Part shown: piece after piece, positions 1 through 9,916 of the stretch
How positions within the stretch are numbered: the stretch's first letter is position 1
Layout: the number at the start of each line of letters is the position of its first letter
IMG/VR virus record: IMGVR_UViG_3300029319_009044
Location: 64,001 to 128,000 of that record
Length of the DNA stretch: 64,000 nt
Reading direction: 5' to 3' (one strand)
From: a virus
Made by a program: the position numbers and the translations under genes
Notes under the pieces: generated by a model
Told to the model about the DNA's origin: nothing
Databases searched by the model: none
Seen by the model: only the letters and a program-made list of their open reading frames with translations

Positions 1-348
1 ATTAGGCTTAGTTATAAAACCTTCTTCATATAAATGATATTTAAATTTTACGCCATTACCTTTATATTGTAAATTATTAGAATTAAGTTCAATATCTAAA
101 GATTCTTCTTCAATAGTATCAAGAACATGTCTTAATTTTTTAACATCAGGTATATTAAGAGTTGTATTAAAGTTAAAATTAGATTTATATTCACTATGTA
201 ATATTAAAGTACTATCTAAGCTAGATACTAAACTAACTAACTTATCATCTTTTATTTCAAAGATTACTCCAGTATCATTAATTTTTGATATCGTATCTAA
301 ATACTTTAGATATTCACTCTTACTTTTTATTCTTAGCGCTCTTACCAT
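1..348 (-). CDS. gp45: DNA sliding clamp (T4 gp45-like), 3' end runs off the window
   Basis: Not in the ORF track. Manual translation from ATG at 348 is open to base 1: MVRALRIKSKSEYLKYLDTISKINDTGVIFEIKDDKLVSLVSSLDSTLILHSEY...LNIPDVKKLRHVL...VKFKYHLYEEGFITKPN. The pattern parallels the gp45 N-domain, and it lies in the replication cluster. Confidence 0.6.
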   Translation of the reverse strand, partial: MVRALRIKSKSEYLKYLDTISKINDTGVIFEIKDDKLVSLVSSLDSTLILHSEYKSNFNFNTTLNIPDVKKLRHVLDTIEEESLDIELNSNNLQYKGNGVKFKYHLYEEGFITKPN

Positions 349-784
349 TATCTAATAATAAGCTAATTTTTTCTAAAATCAAATTTTGTTTTTTAACTAG
401 ATCTAAAAGCTCATCTATTTTTGAAGGTTCAGTTAAATTAAATTCCATTTGATTAGGGTCAACTTCATTAACAGCTGAAGGTTGTTCTGTCCTAATAGTA
501 CGTTGTGCTGCAATTTCTTGAGCTGCTTGCTCTGGTGTAACAGTAGCTACTGGTTCAGCTGATTGCTGTACTTCAAGTGCAGGAGGATTAGGGACTACTT
601 GTGGTGGTTGTTGATTATTTTGTGTAGTAGGTAATTGTGCAGTTTGTTCAAAAACTTGTCTCATATTATTTGATTGATGAGTTAGATTATTAGACTCACC
701 TACTATCATTTGATCTTGCTTATGCATCTGCCCGTATGTTTGACCCATAAGTTGCATAACAGCTGCTTTTTCTTCAGGTGTCAT
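320..784 (-). CDS. Hypothetical Gln/Pro-rich protein
   Basis: 154-aa ORF between gp32 and the clamp; no recognisable motif. Confidence 0.6.
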   Translation of the reverse strand: MTPEEKAAVMQLMGQTYGQMHKQDQMIVGESNNLTHQSNNMRQVFEQTAQLPTTQNNQQPPQVVPNPPALEVQQSAEPVATVTPEQAAQEIAAQRTIRTEQPSAVNEVDPNQMEFNLTEPSKIDELLDLVKKQNLILEKISLLLDNGKSAKNKK

Positions 785-786
785 TT

Positions 787-1617
787 TTAAAGATCTTTCA
801 ATAATTCATCAATATCTTCTTCAACTGTATCATTTGATACTACAGCTGGCTCAGGTTCTACAGGAGTCTCACTTGGTACAGGAGCTGATGTAGTAGGAGC
901 CGGCTCCTCAGTTCTACAATAGTAATGCTCATTAAGCATATCTTTAAGCTCATCGTATGACTTAATAGTAAACACTTCAGTTAAGTCATGAGCTCCATCA
1001 TAGATACCTTTTTGCTCATCTTCAGAAAGATCAATTTTACCAGCAGGAGTAAATCTAGAAGATACATAAGTAGGATAATCTCCTTGTTGCTCCACTTTAA
1101 TTTTAAAGTTTACACCTTCAGGTCCTAGATCAAAAATACGAGGACCAAACTCTTCTGCATCTTCACCTTCAATAGCTTCAGTAATAATTTTATGAAGCTG
1201 CTTACCATATCGAAGAATCTTTACAGTACCATTATTATCTGGATTAGTAGGATCATCAATAACGTATATATTTACTAACCACTTTTCTAAGCGGCGAACA
1301 ACACTCATTCTTTCTTTTTCTTCTTCACTACCAGTTCTAAGAACTTTAAAACGTTCTTCAGCAATAGGATCACGCTCACCAAAAGTTTGAGGACTAAGCG
1401 ATTGAACATATTGACCAGTAGCATAAGAAGTCCATCCATGATTATAGTAATGAAAGAAAGTCTTACTAGGATCTTTAGCAAAAGGTAAGAGTCTTACCGT
1501 GTATGTATTACCCGACTTAGTCGGCATAATCTCGTTAAACTTAGCTGACCCCTTACTATCAGAAGTAGCTAGTGCATCTTTTATTGATTGAAACATTGAA
1601 CTATTAAAAGTACTCAT
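787..1617 (-). CDS. gp32: Single-stranded DNA-binding protein
   Basis: VRLLP, YNHGW, NIYVIDDPTNPDNNGTVKILRYGK and FDL..GVNFKIK motifs; acidic C-tail (EEDIDELLKDL). Confidence 0.92.
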   Translation of the reverse strand: MSTFNSSMFQSIKDALATSDSKGSAKFNEIMPTKSGNTYTVRLLPFAKDPSKTFFHYYNHGWTSYATGQYVQSLSPQTFGERDPIAEERFKVLRTGSEEEKERMSVVRRLEKWLVNIYVIDDPTNPDNNGTVKILRYGKQLHKIITEAIEGEDAEEFGPRIFDLGPEGVNFKIKVEQQGDYPTYVSSRFTPAGKIDLSEDEQKGIYDGAHDLTEVFTIKSYDELKDMLNEHYYCRTEEPAPTTSAPVPSETPVEPEPAVVSNDTVEEDIDELLKDL

Positions 1618-1623
1618 ACGCTA

Positions 1624-1651
1624 ATTATAATTACTAAGAACTAAACTTCAA
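1624..1651 (-). promoter_or_regulatory. sigma70-type promoter for gp32
   Basis: Minus strand TTGAAG-N16-TATAAT-N6-ATG. Confidence 0.65.
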
Positions 1652-2293
1652 TAGATTTTGTTCTATTATTTTGAGACCTTTTGTAGCTTTATGTTTTAAC
1701 TTTTTAGAACTAAGGAACTTAGCTCTAGTTTGTGCATATAGGTCATAAAAATCGGAAATTATCCATGTTAATGTTCCAGTTTGTTCCTTAATTACATGAT
1801 CAACTTTTAATGAATGAAGCAGATAAAAATTTATCTTATGATTTTTTAAATGTGTAAATATAATGGGTATAGAGTTAGGAGTATCTACACCTGTATATTG
1901 TTTATATTTTGCTAAAGTTATTTTTTCTTTATTACAATAATCAAATATAAACTTTAAACATTTTTTTAATGTATTGATACTTTCTTCGCTATCTGGGTTC
2001 TCTGTTTCTCTATCTTTACAAAAAATAGAATAACATTTTATTGCTCTTCTAGTATTAAAAAATGATAAATCAAAATAATTATCTGAACCATATACTTTAT
2101 AAGGTGCTATAAAAAAATCACTATAGTTTATATGATTATATTTTGATAAAAGTAAGTTTAGTTTTTTTAACGCAACTTCATCTTTGCTTTCTAAACCATC
2201 AAAATTTTGCCTTAGTCTAACTGGTTTATTTTTAGCCTTACGAGAAGCATATAGATAGCTATTATATATTGACTTCTCTTTTTCTGTAATCAT
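1634..2293 (-). CDS. Probable helicase loader (gp59-like)
   Basis: 219 aa and basic, directly upstream of gp32 as T4 gene 59 is. PIIFTHLKNHKINFYLL resembles the gp59 C-domain segment. Confidence 0.5.
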   Translation of the reverse strand: MITEKEKSIYNSYLYASRKAKNKPVRLRQNFDGLESKDEVALKKLNLLLSKYNHINYSDFFIAPYKVYGSDNYFDLSFFNTRRAIKCYSIFCKDRETENPDSEESINTLKKCLKFIFDYCNKEKITLAKYKQYTGVDTPNSIPIIFTHLKNHKINFYLLHSLKVDHVIKEQTGTLTWIISDFYDLYAQTRAKFLSSKKLKHKATKGLKIIEQNLLKFSS

Positions 2294-2586
2294 AAATTTA
2301 TATCTGAATGAGAATTAAGGAACTTCGTAATATATTTTGATTTAGTAATAGATGGCTCGAAGTCTATAAATAGTTTAACTACATCAAAATTAGTTTCAAT
2401 GGTTAAAAGCTCCTTAAGTACGTTCCTTATTTTTTCTTCTTGTAATACTAATATAAAAATATTTTGTAGAGATAATTTTTTACCTTTTAATTGAGAGCAA
2501 AAAGTACAAAAACATAATAATAGATGTTCAGTTTCATCTTTTATTAAAGTACTTGATGGAGCTTGATTTAAATTTTTATTTAGCAT
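2290..2586 (-). CDS. Hypothetical protein
   Basis: 98-aa ORF overlapping both neighbours; sits in the T4 gene 33 position but has no clear similarity. Confidence 0.55.
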   Translation of the reverse strand: MLNKNLNQAPSSTLIKDETEHLLLCFCTFCSQLKGKKLSLQNIFILVLQEEKIRNVLKELLTIETNFDVVKLFIDFEPSITKSKYITKFLNSHSDINL

Positions 2587-3449
2587 GGTGTAAATTGTTT
2601 AGTTAGAGTTGCAAATCTGTTAGTTAGCTTACCTCCCGCAGAAGCTGTATGTCCCCCTCCATCACATAATTTTTTAGCTATTAAACTTACATCTACACTA
2701 CAATCCTTTTTTCTTCTAAAGGATACAGTTTTAGCTGTTGTATTTACTATAACACTAATATCAGCATTATACTTGCTAAGTAAAAAATGAGCTAATTCTC
2801 CTACTGCATAATTACCAAACGAAGCTATAACATTATAATCTTTAATTTTACCTTTAAAAACTCCGTTAGTATTAATTTGCTCTTTAAATTTTTTGAAAAA
2901 AAGTTTTATAGAGTTTTTTTGCTCTATAGTAAACTCTGTTAAACCATTATAAAAATTACTAATAAAATTTTCTGTTTTAGGAGCATTCAGGTTGTAGTAA
3001 ATTGCATTTAATTTTAAAGATTCATTGTTTGATTTATACCAATCATATTGACTTACTATATTAATTAGGTTCAACTGCTCTTTAGTTAACTTTAAATGTG
3101 TTTTAAATTTGCTATGAATTAACTTAATACAAGAAAAGAAACTATCATCAATTATAACTTTAGCTTTTTTATATAAATGTCTGTTTTTGTAATGATTTGC
3201 ATGCGTATCAATTACTACAACATTTTCTCTATCAGCCAACTCTATTTGTTCTGTATTAAGATCTAAGTCAATAATAAAAACTCTATCATAATGATCAAGA
3301 GATGTTGTAGCTCCTTTGAATCGTCCTGTAAAAGTAGACTCAGTAACGTCATTTATATTAAATGCTTTAGAGTTTTTATATAACCACTTTATCATTAGAG
3401 CACCACCGGCTCCATGAAGATCGGTATCAGTCCATATTTGGATATTCAC
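2580..3449 (-). CDS. DHH/DHHA1-family phosphoesterase (degenerate motifs)
   Basis: TDTDLHG (DxD motif), IIDL, IDTH (DHH variant), VSFR and GGGH..AGG DHHA1 motifs. Confidence 0.75.
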   Translation of the reverse strand: MNIQIWTDTDLHGAGGALMIKWLYKNSKAFNINDVTESTFTGRFKGATTSLDHYDRVFIIDLDLNTEQIELADRENVVVIDTHANHYKNRHLYKKAKVIIDDSFFSCIKLIHSKFKTHLKLTKEQLNLINIVSQYDWYKSNNESLKLNAIYYNLNAPKTENFISNFYNGLTEFTIEQKNSIKLFFKKFKEQINTNGVFKGKIKDYNVIASFGNYAVGELAHFLLSKYNADISVIVNTTAKTVSFRRKKDCSVDVSLIAKKLCDGGGHTASAGGKLTNRFATLTKQFTPC

Positions 3450-3472
3450 TTAATATATTTATAAAAAGTTCC

Positions 3473-4780
3473 TTATGTTGCAAGTCCTACTAACGCGCTA
3501 AGAGTCTCATTGCCATCATCTTCAAACTCCACATCATCTGCTTCTTCAATAGATAGAGTACTATAGTCTATACGCATAGCTTGAGTATTTCCTCGGGGAC
3601 CATACCGGTTTTTCATCATACCAAGTCTTATTATACCAAGTTCTCTATCTTCTTCATTTTGATATATAGATACAATAACATCAGCAGTAGCAGCTAATCC
3701 AATAGATTCAGATATAGTAGCAAGATCCGGATTATCAGTATCAAATCCTGATCTATTTAACTGAGTAGCAGATATAATAGGGCATTCAAATATATAACTC
3801 ATAGCACGCACTTGCTCGGTAACATGCTTAATACGTTCATAAGAATTATTACCCATAGTAGAATGCATTAAGTTAAGATAATCTAAAACTATTGCATCTA
3901 ATTTAATTCCTTTATCTTGAAACTTCTTTACAAACCCTTTTAGTTGACTAGGGGTAATAGTAGAAGGAGGAAACTCTTTAATAAAGATTTTACCTTCTTC
4001 ACTTTTAACGGCTTGTCTAATAGAAGGTGCATTACCAGCTAATTCCTTCATAGGAATTTTAGTTACGTTAGTACATATTCTACGAGCATATAACAGCTCT
4101 GACATCTCTAAAGTTACAAGTAATACATTTTTACCTTGCTGAGCTATATTAGTAGCTACATTACCTAAAAAGATAGACTTACCAATATTAGTTTCACCGG
4201 CAAATACGTATAAAGATTTACCAGCTTCGAGGAAGCCGCCACCTAAAGTTTCATCTAACCAGTCCCAAGTACTAGGAACATGTCGTTCAACAGAGTTAAT
4301 ATCATCAATAAGTAAGTCAATATCACTATAAAGATCTAAACCTAAATCAGTTACTAAATTAATATTACAAGATTTTTCAAATTTATCTAATACAACAGAT
4401 GTATCAACTTTGCCGCTTGATACATCTTCAGCTACATTAAGCATAGTATGATAAACAGCTTTTTCTTTAAGAAACTGTTCAGTATTATCATACAATTCGT
4501 CCTTATCTAAATCTTTATCAATATCATTAAACGATACTACTAACTCTTTAAAGGATTCTTTTTGTTCATCAGATACTAAATGCGACTTAATCTCAGTAGT
4601 AGTAGGGAGCTTGTTACGTTTTTCAGAAAACTCTTTAATAATAGCAAATATACTAGCTATAGATTTATTCTTAAAAAATTCAGGCTTTACAAAATCAGCT
4701 ACAGAAGCAAGATAAGTCCCGTCAGTAAGAGACTTATAGATTAAGACATTTTCAAAATAATCTAAGTCTAATTTACTCAC
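3473..4780 (-). CDS. gp41: Replicative DnaB-like helicase
   Basis: Walker A AGETNIGKS, TLEMSE, IKEFPP, VLDYLNLM, SATQLNRSG, ISESIGLAATAD, KNRYG. Confidence 0.95.
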   Translation of the reverse strand: MSKLDLDYFENVLIYKSLTDGTYLASVADFVKPEFFKNKSIASIFAIIKEFSEKRNKLPTTTEIKSHLVSDEQKESFKELVVSFNDIDKDLDKDELYDNTEQFLKEKAVYHTMLNVAEDVSSGKVDTSVVLDKFEKSCNINLVTDLGLDLYSDIDLLIDDINSVERHVPSTWDWLDETLGGGFLEAGKSLYVFAGETNIGKSIFLGNVATNIAQQGKNVLLVTLEMSELLYARRICTNVTKIPMKELAGNAPSIRQAVKSEEGKIFIKEFPPSTITPSQLKGFVKKFQDKGIKLDAIVLDYLNLMHSTMGNNSYERIKHVTEQVRAMSYIFECPIISATQLNRSGFDTDNPDLATISESIGLAATADVIVSIYQNEEDRELGIIRLGMMKNRYGPRGNTQAMRIDYSTLSIEEADDVEFEDDGNETLSALVGLAT

Positions 4781-4799
4781 AATAATATAATATATTCTT

Positions 4800-5451
4800 T
4801 TACTTAGTTTTCCACTTATTCAAAAACCACTCTTGACCTTTATTAAACTCTTCTGTAAAAGAAGTAAGACCGGGAGAGTTATGTGTCACTAAAATATCAC
4901 CAACACCTACTTTAAATCCAGCTTTATGACATTGCATAGAGTAATCTAAATCGTAAAAATGCCATTTTGAAGGGCATGATTCATCAAATTTAATTTTTGT
5001 AAATACTTTTCTTTTTATAGCCATAAAAACCCCATCAATAATAATAGTTCTATGTGGGTAAGAACCAAATGGGGTCATATGTTTTTCTTTTTCATCCCCA
5101 TGAGCTACTGCTCCATGTAAATTTTTAGATCCAAATCCACCACCCATAATATGCCAAAGTGCCGGTGGTGATAAGTTAACTTGAGAACAACCAGCACAAC
5201 CTATTAAGTCATATTTTTTAAATAATTTTTCTAGTCTTTCATCAGAAAAATTTTCTAAAATTAAATCATCATGTACTAATATTAAATTTTGAACATTTTC
5301 TTGAATAGCAAAATCAATAGCTTTATTATATACCTTATGTAAAGAGTCGGTATTATTTTGCTTAAATACTACTTGAGAGTTTTCAGAAGTTTTCCAAAGT
5401 AATGTATCTATGTCTTTACCAGCAGTAGCTGAAAATATCATATTTTGCATC
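4800..5451 (-). CDS. GT-A fold glycosyltransferase (family 2-like)
   Basis: VYNKAI, LVHDD, IGCAG, IDGVFMA, FDE..WHFYDLDYS and H.SPG motifs. The start is probably the ATG overlapping the amidotransferase stop rather than 5489. Confidence 0.8.
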
Positions 5452-6121
5452 ATATAAATGAAAAAGGTGAATCGTGTTGAAACTCGCAAACTTTATTCCA
5501 TCTTCGAGTTTTATTATTAAGTTTTACTAATACACCTTCTTGTAATTGTTTAAGACCTTCACCTGATAATGTAGAGTAATCTCCATTATTATTGTAATGC
5601 AATAAAGATCCAGAACGAGCTAAAAATACTTCATTCGTATCACAAAAAACTATACTTAACGCATATGTACCGGATAACTGCTCTAATGTTCTTTTAATTA
5701 TCTTTTTAGGGTTGACTAAAACTTTACCTTTCTTATGTTCAATGTGAGTAAAATACTCTAACATATTCACTATAGTCTCAGTATCTACTTTTGTTTTAAG
5801 ACCGTACATATTATTTAACTTTTTATGATTAGTTAAAACTCCATTATGTGATACAAGCCACGATAATGATTCAAATGGATGTGATGTATCGTAACTATAT
5901 TCTCTCATTGATGAGGTAGGAGCTTGTACGTGACCTAAGTAATAATTAGTTTTAGGTTGATGTGTATACTTATCGAAATCTATATCACCTTTTTTCTTTT
6001 TAATAAATTGATCGTCTTCAGACAGACTAATTATACTACTAGCAAAATTACCTCTTTGTTTATTTGCTTCGTACAAGACTTCAAACATAGAAGTATTAAA
6101 AGAACCAAAAATAGCGCACAT
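5450..6121 (-). CDS. Class II (Ntn) glutamine amidotransferase domain protein
   Basis: N-terminal MCAIFG nucleophile Cys, RG, GHVQAPT, HPF, HNGVLTN, DTE, GTYA. Confidence 0.85.
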   Translation of the reverse strand: MCAIFGSFNTSMFEVLYEANKQRGNFASSIISLSEDDQFIKKKKGDIDFDKYTHQPKTNYYLGHVQAPTSSMREYSYDTSHPFESLSWLVSHNGVLTNHKKLNNMYGLKTKVDTETIVNMLEYFTHIEHKKGKVLVNPKKIIKRTLEQLSGTYALSIVFCDTNEVFLARSGSLLHYNNNGDYSTLSGEGLKQLQEGVLVKLNNKTRRWNKVCEFQHDSPFSFI

Positions 6122-6150
6122 AATATATGTTATTATATTTTATGCAATAA

Positions 6151-6603
6151 TCAATCTTCCCATGGAAACTTAAAACCTTCTTCCCACATATACGAGTTAT
6201 CTACATACCTACTTCTTGGTCCATCAGGACCTTCAGCTCTAATTCGTTCACTCAATCTACGCATTTGTAATATCCATGATGTAGGTTCACTAATACTCTC
6301 TCTATTATCTTTATCTATACGCCAAAAGAAGTCAATAGTTCCGTAACGCTTGTCTTTAGATAAGCAATTATCAGGATAATCAATACCATCAATTGTATAC
6401 CATTTCTTTTTTTTCTTTTTAGTTTTCTGTATTCCTAAATTTTTTAAAGTCTTTATTCCAAGACCTTTTACCTTAAAAAGATCATCATTATTTCTAAAAG
6501 GTCTGAATCCCATTATTCTTGCAGCTGTGGTTCTACCTACTCCGGGTATTTTACACAGTTCTCTTCTATTCATCTTGTTAAAATCTTTATAATTCAGCTT
6601 CAT
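6151..6603 (-). CDS. Helix-hairpin-helix (ComEA-like) DNA-binding protein with C-terminal extension
   Basis: Tandem HhH motifs ELCKIPGVGRTTAARI and DLFKVKGLGIKTL. Confidence 0.7.
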   Translation of the reverse strand: MKLNYKDFNKMNRRELCKIPGVGRTTAARIMGFRPFRNNDDLFKVKGLGIKTLKNLGIQKTKKKKKKWYTIDGIDYPDNCLSKDKRYGTIDFFWRIDKDNRESISEPTSWILQMRRLSERIRAEGPDGPRSRYVDNSYMWEEGFKFPWED

Positions 6604-6606
6604 AGA

Positions 6607-6614
6607 TATAAATA
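6607..6614 (+). promoter_or_regulatory. T4-type late promoter
   Basis: TATAAATA, 6 nt before ATG 6621. Confidence 0.7.
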
Positions 6615-6620
6615 TATTAT

Positions 6621-7967
6621 ATGAGTTCCTTTAATATTTACGATAATTATAGCTCCTTTAATCATTTAATCAACAGAACTGAGTTATTAGAAGAAAAAAC
6701 TTACAAAGCAATGGTTAAAGGTGCTAATCTAGGACCAGAGCTTAAAAAATATAAGACAGAAGATGGTAAAGGTTTAAGTGCTACTTCAAGAATTAAAAAT
6801 CTTATTTTAATAAGTGCTTTAGTACGTATGGATATGTTGGATGAAGATGTAGCTAAAGCTTTAAGAAAGAAAGCTACTTCATCTACTTATATTACTAATA
6901 CACTAAAGGAACTCGCACCTAAGGTACATGCTGAATTATTTGATGGTGATAACCCGGGTAGTGAAAAAGTAGTAAAGTATGTTCAAGATAATATAGAACA
7001 GTTATTACCGTTTGCAGTAAAGAATGTTACTCGTGGAGAGTTTGAAATAAAGGAAGTTGATACAGAAGAGCCAGATGATAGTGAAGCTAAAGAGTTAGAA
7101 GATGAGGTATCTGATGAAGTTAAGATAGCTCAAGGCTTAATGAGTAGTGGTGCTGATCGAGTAAAGTTAGATTTTGATGATGTTGATGTAAACATTGAAG
7201 GGTTAAATAATAAGAATGAAGTAGCTGCTAAGGTTGTAGATTTAATTAATACTACTAATAACTTAAAAGCTGAACCTACAGGGGTTGGTCTTAATATAGA
7301 AGGACCGATCGGAGCATTTGGTTCCCAAACTGATATATCTGATATGTTAACTAGAATTATTACTAGTCATTTTCCTGATGTAAGTGAAAGTGAAGTTAAG
7401 GTTACTCTTAACACTAATGAAGAGGATTATGAAGAAGGCCCTGAGCCCATAGAGCCTGAAGGACCTACTAATGAGTACGAGGAAGATATAAATGATGTAG
7501 AGGAAGATGCAGAATATAAAGGAATAAAACAAAAGTTTTCACCAAAATATGCTAAGAAGGTTGAAGATGAGTTTAAGGATCATGTAAAGCTTAGAAAGGG
7601 TAATTTAGGTGTTAAGCTACCTCCTGGTAATAAAGATGAAATTGAAGATTACAAGAAAAGAGGATATGTTGAAGATAATGAGTTTGATGACTTTGATATT
7701 GGACCTCAGTCAGATGAAAATGTACCTGATGATTATGAAGAGGTTTTAAAAGCAATGATAACAAAAGATAAAGAGAATTTTGCTAAAAATATGATCGAAG
7801 ATGAAGAAGAACTTCAAGTTGAGAGTACTACTGCAGCTTACTTAACTGAGCAAAAGCAAAGTGACAAGCGTAATAAAAAAGCAGAAGTTAAAAATCAATC
7901 CTTTAAGGAAAGATATAAGCCTAAAACACATTGGCAGTTAGAAGAGCTTAGACGTTACGGTCTTTAA
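6621..7967 (+). CDS. Acidic late protein, probable internal head protein
   Basis: 448 aa, very Glu/Asp-rich, late promoter, EEDAE/EDNE motifs shared with the 20-23 kb cluster. Confidence 0.55.
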   Translation: MSSFNIYDNYSSFNHLINRTELLEEKTYKAMVKGANLGPELKKYKTEDGKGLSATSRIKNLILISALVRMDMLDEDVAKALRKKATSSTYITNTLKELAPKVHAELFDGDNPGSEKVVKYVQDNIEQLLPFAVKNVTRGEFEIKEVDTEEPDDSEAKELEDEVSDEVKIAQGLMSSGADRVKLDFDDVDVNIEGLNNKNEVAAKVVDLINTTNNLKAEPTGVGLNIEGPIGAFGSQTDISDMLTRIITSHFPDVSESEVKVTLNTNEEDYEEGPEPIEPEGPTNEYEEDINDVEEDAEYKGIKQKFSPKYAKKVEDEFKDHVKLRKGNLGVKLPPGNKDEIEDYKKRGYVEDNEFDDFDIGPQSDENVPDDYEEVLKAMITKDKENFAKNMIEDEEELQVESTTAAYLTEQKQSDKRNKKAEVKNQSFKERYKPKTHWQLEELRRYGL

Positions 7968-8722
7968 GCGCATTTCTTACATTTGTTCTCATCATATAGT
8001 TTATCTATTTTATCTTGTTGAACATATGCTATAGGGTCTCTATAACCTGCACTTACAAAGCCTTTTACTCTCATACTACTTGATGGTGTAGTAGCATCTG
8101 CTAGTTTATCTTCTCTATCAGAATAACAAGTCCAGGTATCTCCAAACTTTACACCTAATCGAACACCTTCTTTAATAATTTCTTCTTTAGACATATCTAA
8201 TAGAGGTGCTTCTACTTTAATTCTATTCTCTCTATTAAGATCAGTTACATTATTAAGAGTATCAACAAACTCTTCACTACCATCCCAATAACCAGCAAGC
8301 GAATCAACTTGTGCTGCTCCATACCATACAGTATCAGCACCTACACTTTCTGCATAAGCAGAGCAAATAGATAAAAACATTAAGTTTCTAAACGGTACGT
8401 AAGATACAGGTTGAGCATCCCCAGCTATTTTACTAATATCAGGGTTATCAATATCGGTATTAGTTAAAGAAGATGTAGGAGCTATATCTCTAATATAATT
8501 TACATCAAGAACTTTATTAGTTACCTTTAAATTAAACCAACCACTAAACTGAACATTAAAGTTTGTTATCTGTTTCTTAACACAATCAAGCTCTCGTTTA
8601 TGTCTTTGACCGTAATCAAAGGTTACAGTATGTATTTCTTCAAAGCCTCTATCCTGTGCCATATACAACAGCACAGATGAGTCCATTCCTCCACTAAGAG
8701 TCAGTACTAGTTTCTTTTTCAT
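7964..8722 (-). CDS. queC: 7-cyano-7-deazaguanine synthase QueC family (Zn ligands altered)
   Basis: PP-loop LSGGMDS, FDYGQRH, YVPFRN, APLL.MSK, TWTCY. The CGxCxxC motif is replaced by DATTPSS. Confidence 0.88.
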   Translation of the reverse strand: MKKKLVLTLSGGMDSSVLLYMAQDRGFEEIHTVTFDYGQRHKRELDCVKKQITNFNVQFSGWFNLKVTNKVLDVNYIRDIAPTSSLTNTDIDNPDISKIAGDAQPVSYVPFRNLMFLSICSAYAESVGADTVWYGAAQVDSLAGYWDGSEEFVDTLNNVTDLNRENRIKVEAPLLDMSKEEIIKEGVRLGVKFGDTWTCYSDREDKLADATTPSSSMRVKGFVSAGYRDPIAYVQQDKIDKLYDENKCKKCA

Positions 8723-9824
8723 TAATTAAATTATCTAATTCACCTAATTCATCAGGTATTTCTTCTTCTTTATTACTATAAGACCATTCTTGGCTTATAC
8801 GTTTTTCAACTTTAGGTAAAATAGTATCTTCCCAAAGCTTAGTATCCTTTCTCCAATTTTTATAATAACCTAGCTTAGTACCATCTTCAAGCTGATAAGT
8901 AGCACCAGTTTGAATTACAGCACCTACACCAACAGCTAAGTCAACTAAACCGTAATATCTATCAAGACCAGAAGAGAAAGAGAGATACATTTCACCTTCT
9001 AAGTATTGCTTAATAAATCTATTCTTACGAGTAAGAGCTCTAATAATAATACCAGAGTATTTCTTTTGACCTACAGCTAACTCCCCGTCTACAGTCTTAC
9101 CACCGTCATCTTTCATTGGTTTACGAGCTAATTGTACAGTTACTGAAGGTAAATAGATACAAGACTTACCACCAGGCATATTCTTTTCAATAGAAGGAAA
9201 CAGAGCTGCGGGATCATCATAAACATGATTAGTACAAAGGATAGTAGTTTGAGTTACTGAACCTAAATTAGTACAAGTCTGCATTAACGTCTTCATAGCT
9301 CGAGCTTTAGTACCCATATCTGATGAAGTACTATCTTTACTCATACGAGTTAGTTCCAATTCAGATTGTAGGTTAGCAAGAGAGTCAATAGCTACGATAA
9401 ATTTACCTTCAAGACCTTTTTCTTTAACAGAAGTAAGAAACTTATACAACGAGTTTCTAGCTTGCTCAATGCTAGTACATGGAACATATTTTACCTTACT
9501 AATATCAAGACCAAGTCTTTCAGCGCCTTCAGGATCAATAGCATTTTCAGTATCAAAGATAACTGGAATAAGACCTTCTTCTTGAGCTTTAGCTAAAATC
9601 TTTTGAACAAACAATGACTTACCTGTCATAGACTCACCAGCAAGCATAGTTACTCTTCCCTTAGGAATACCACCATTAATAGAGCCAGAAATGATAGCGT
9701 TCAGTACATATGACCCTGTATCAATCCACTCTCCAACATGACTTAAAGTATTATTATCAAGGTAAGTAGCGAAAGGGTTAACTTTATCGATAGCGTCTAA
9801 AGCACTAGTAATATCTTTATCCAT
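8694..9824 (-). CDS. uvsX: RecA-like recombinase
   Basis: DTGSYVLNAIISGS..GGIP, AGESMTGKS, FDTENA, IDSLANL, DMGTKA, TNHVY. Confidence 0.93.
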   Translation of the reverse strand: MDKDITSALDAIDKVNPFATYLDNNTLSHVGEWIDTGSYVLNAIISGSINGGIPKGRVTMLAGESMTGKSLFVQKILAKAQEEGLIPVIFDTENAIDPEGAERLGLDISKVKYVPCTSIEQARNSLYKFLTSVKEKGLEGKFIVAIDSLANLQSELELTRMSKDSTSSDMGTKARAMKTLMQTCTNLGSVTQTTILCTNHVYDDPAALFPSIEKNMPGGKSCIYLPSVTVQLARKPMKDDGGKTVDGELAVGQKKYSGIIIRALTRKNRFIKQYLEGEMYLSFSSGLDRYYGLVDLAVGVGAVIQTGATYQLEDGTKLGYYKNWRKDTKLWEDTILPKVEKRISQEWSYSNKEEEIPDELGELDNLINEKETSTDS

Positions 9825-9831
9825 ATAGATG

Positions 9832-9859
9832 ATTATATAATATAAGTTTTAAATTTCAA
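9832..9859 (-). promoter_or_regulatory. sigma70-type promoter for uvsX
   Basis: TTGAAA-N16-TATAAT-N7-ATG on the minus strand. Confidence 0.65.
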
Positions 9860-9860
9860 T

Positions 9861-9891
9861 AAAAAAAGCCTCGGATTAATCCGAGGCTTTT
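9861..9891 (-). terminator. Intrinsic terminator (possibly bidirectional) after hsp20
   Basis: Perfect 28-bp palindrome AAAAGCCTCGGATTAATCCGAGGCTTTT (9864-9891), with a 7-U tail on the minus strand. Confidence 0.85.
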
Positions 9892-9916
9892 AGTCGAGTT
9901 TTATCTCTGTTAATTG

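Noticed and set aside
1155-1172. EDAE motif inside gp32
   Set aside because: It lies within the conserved SSB core of a non-virion protein and is probably coincidental.
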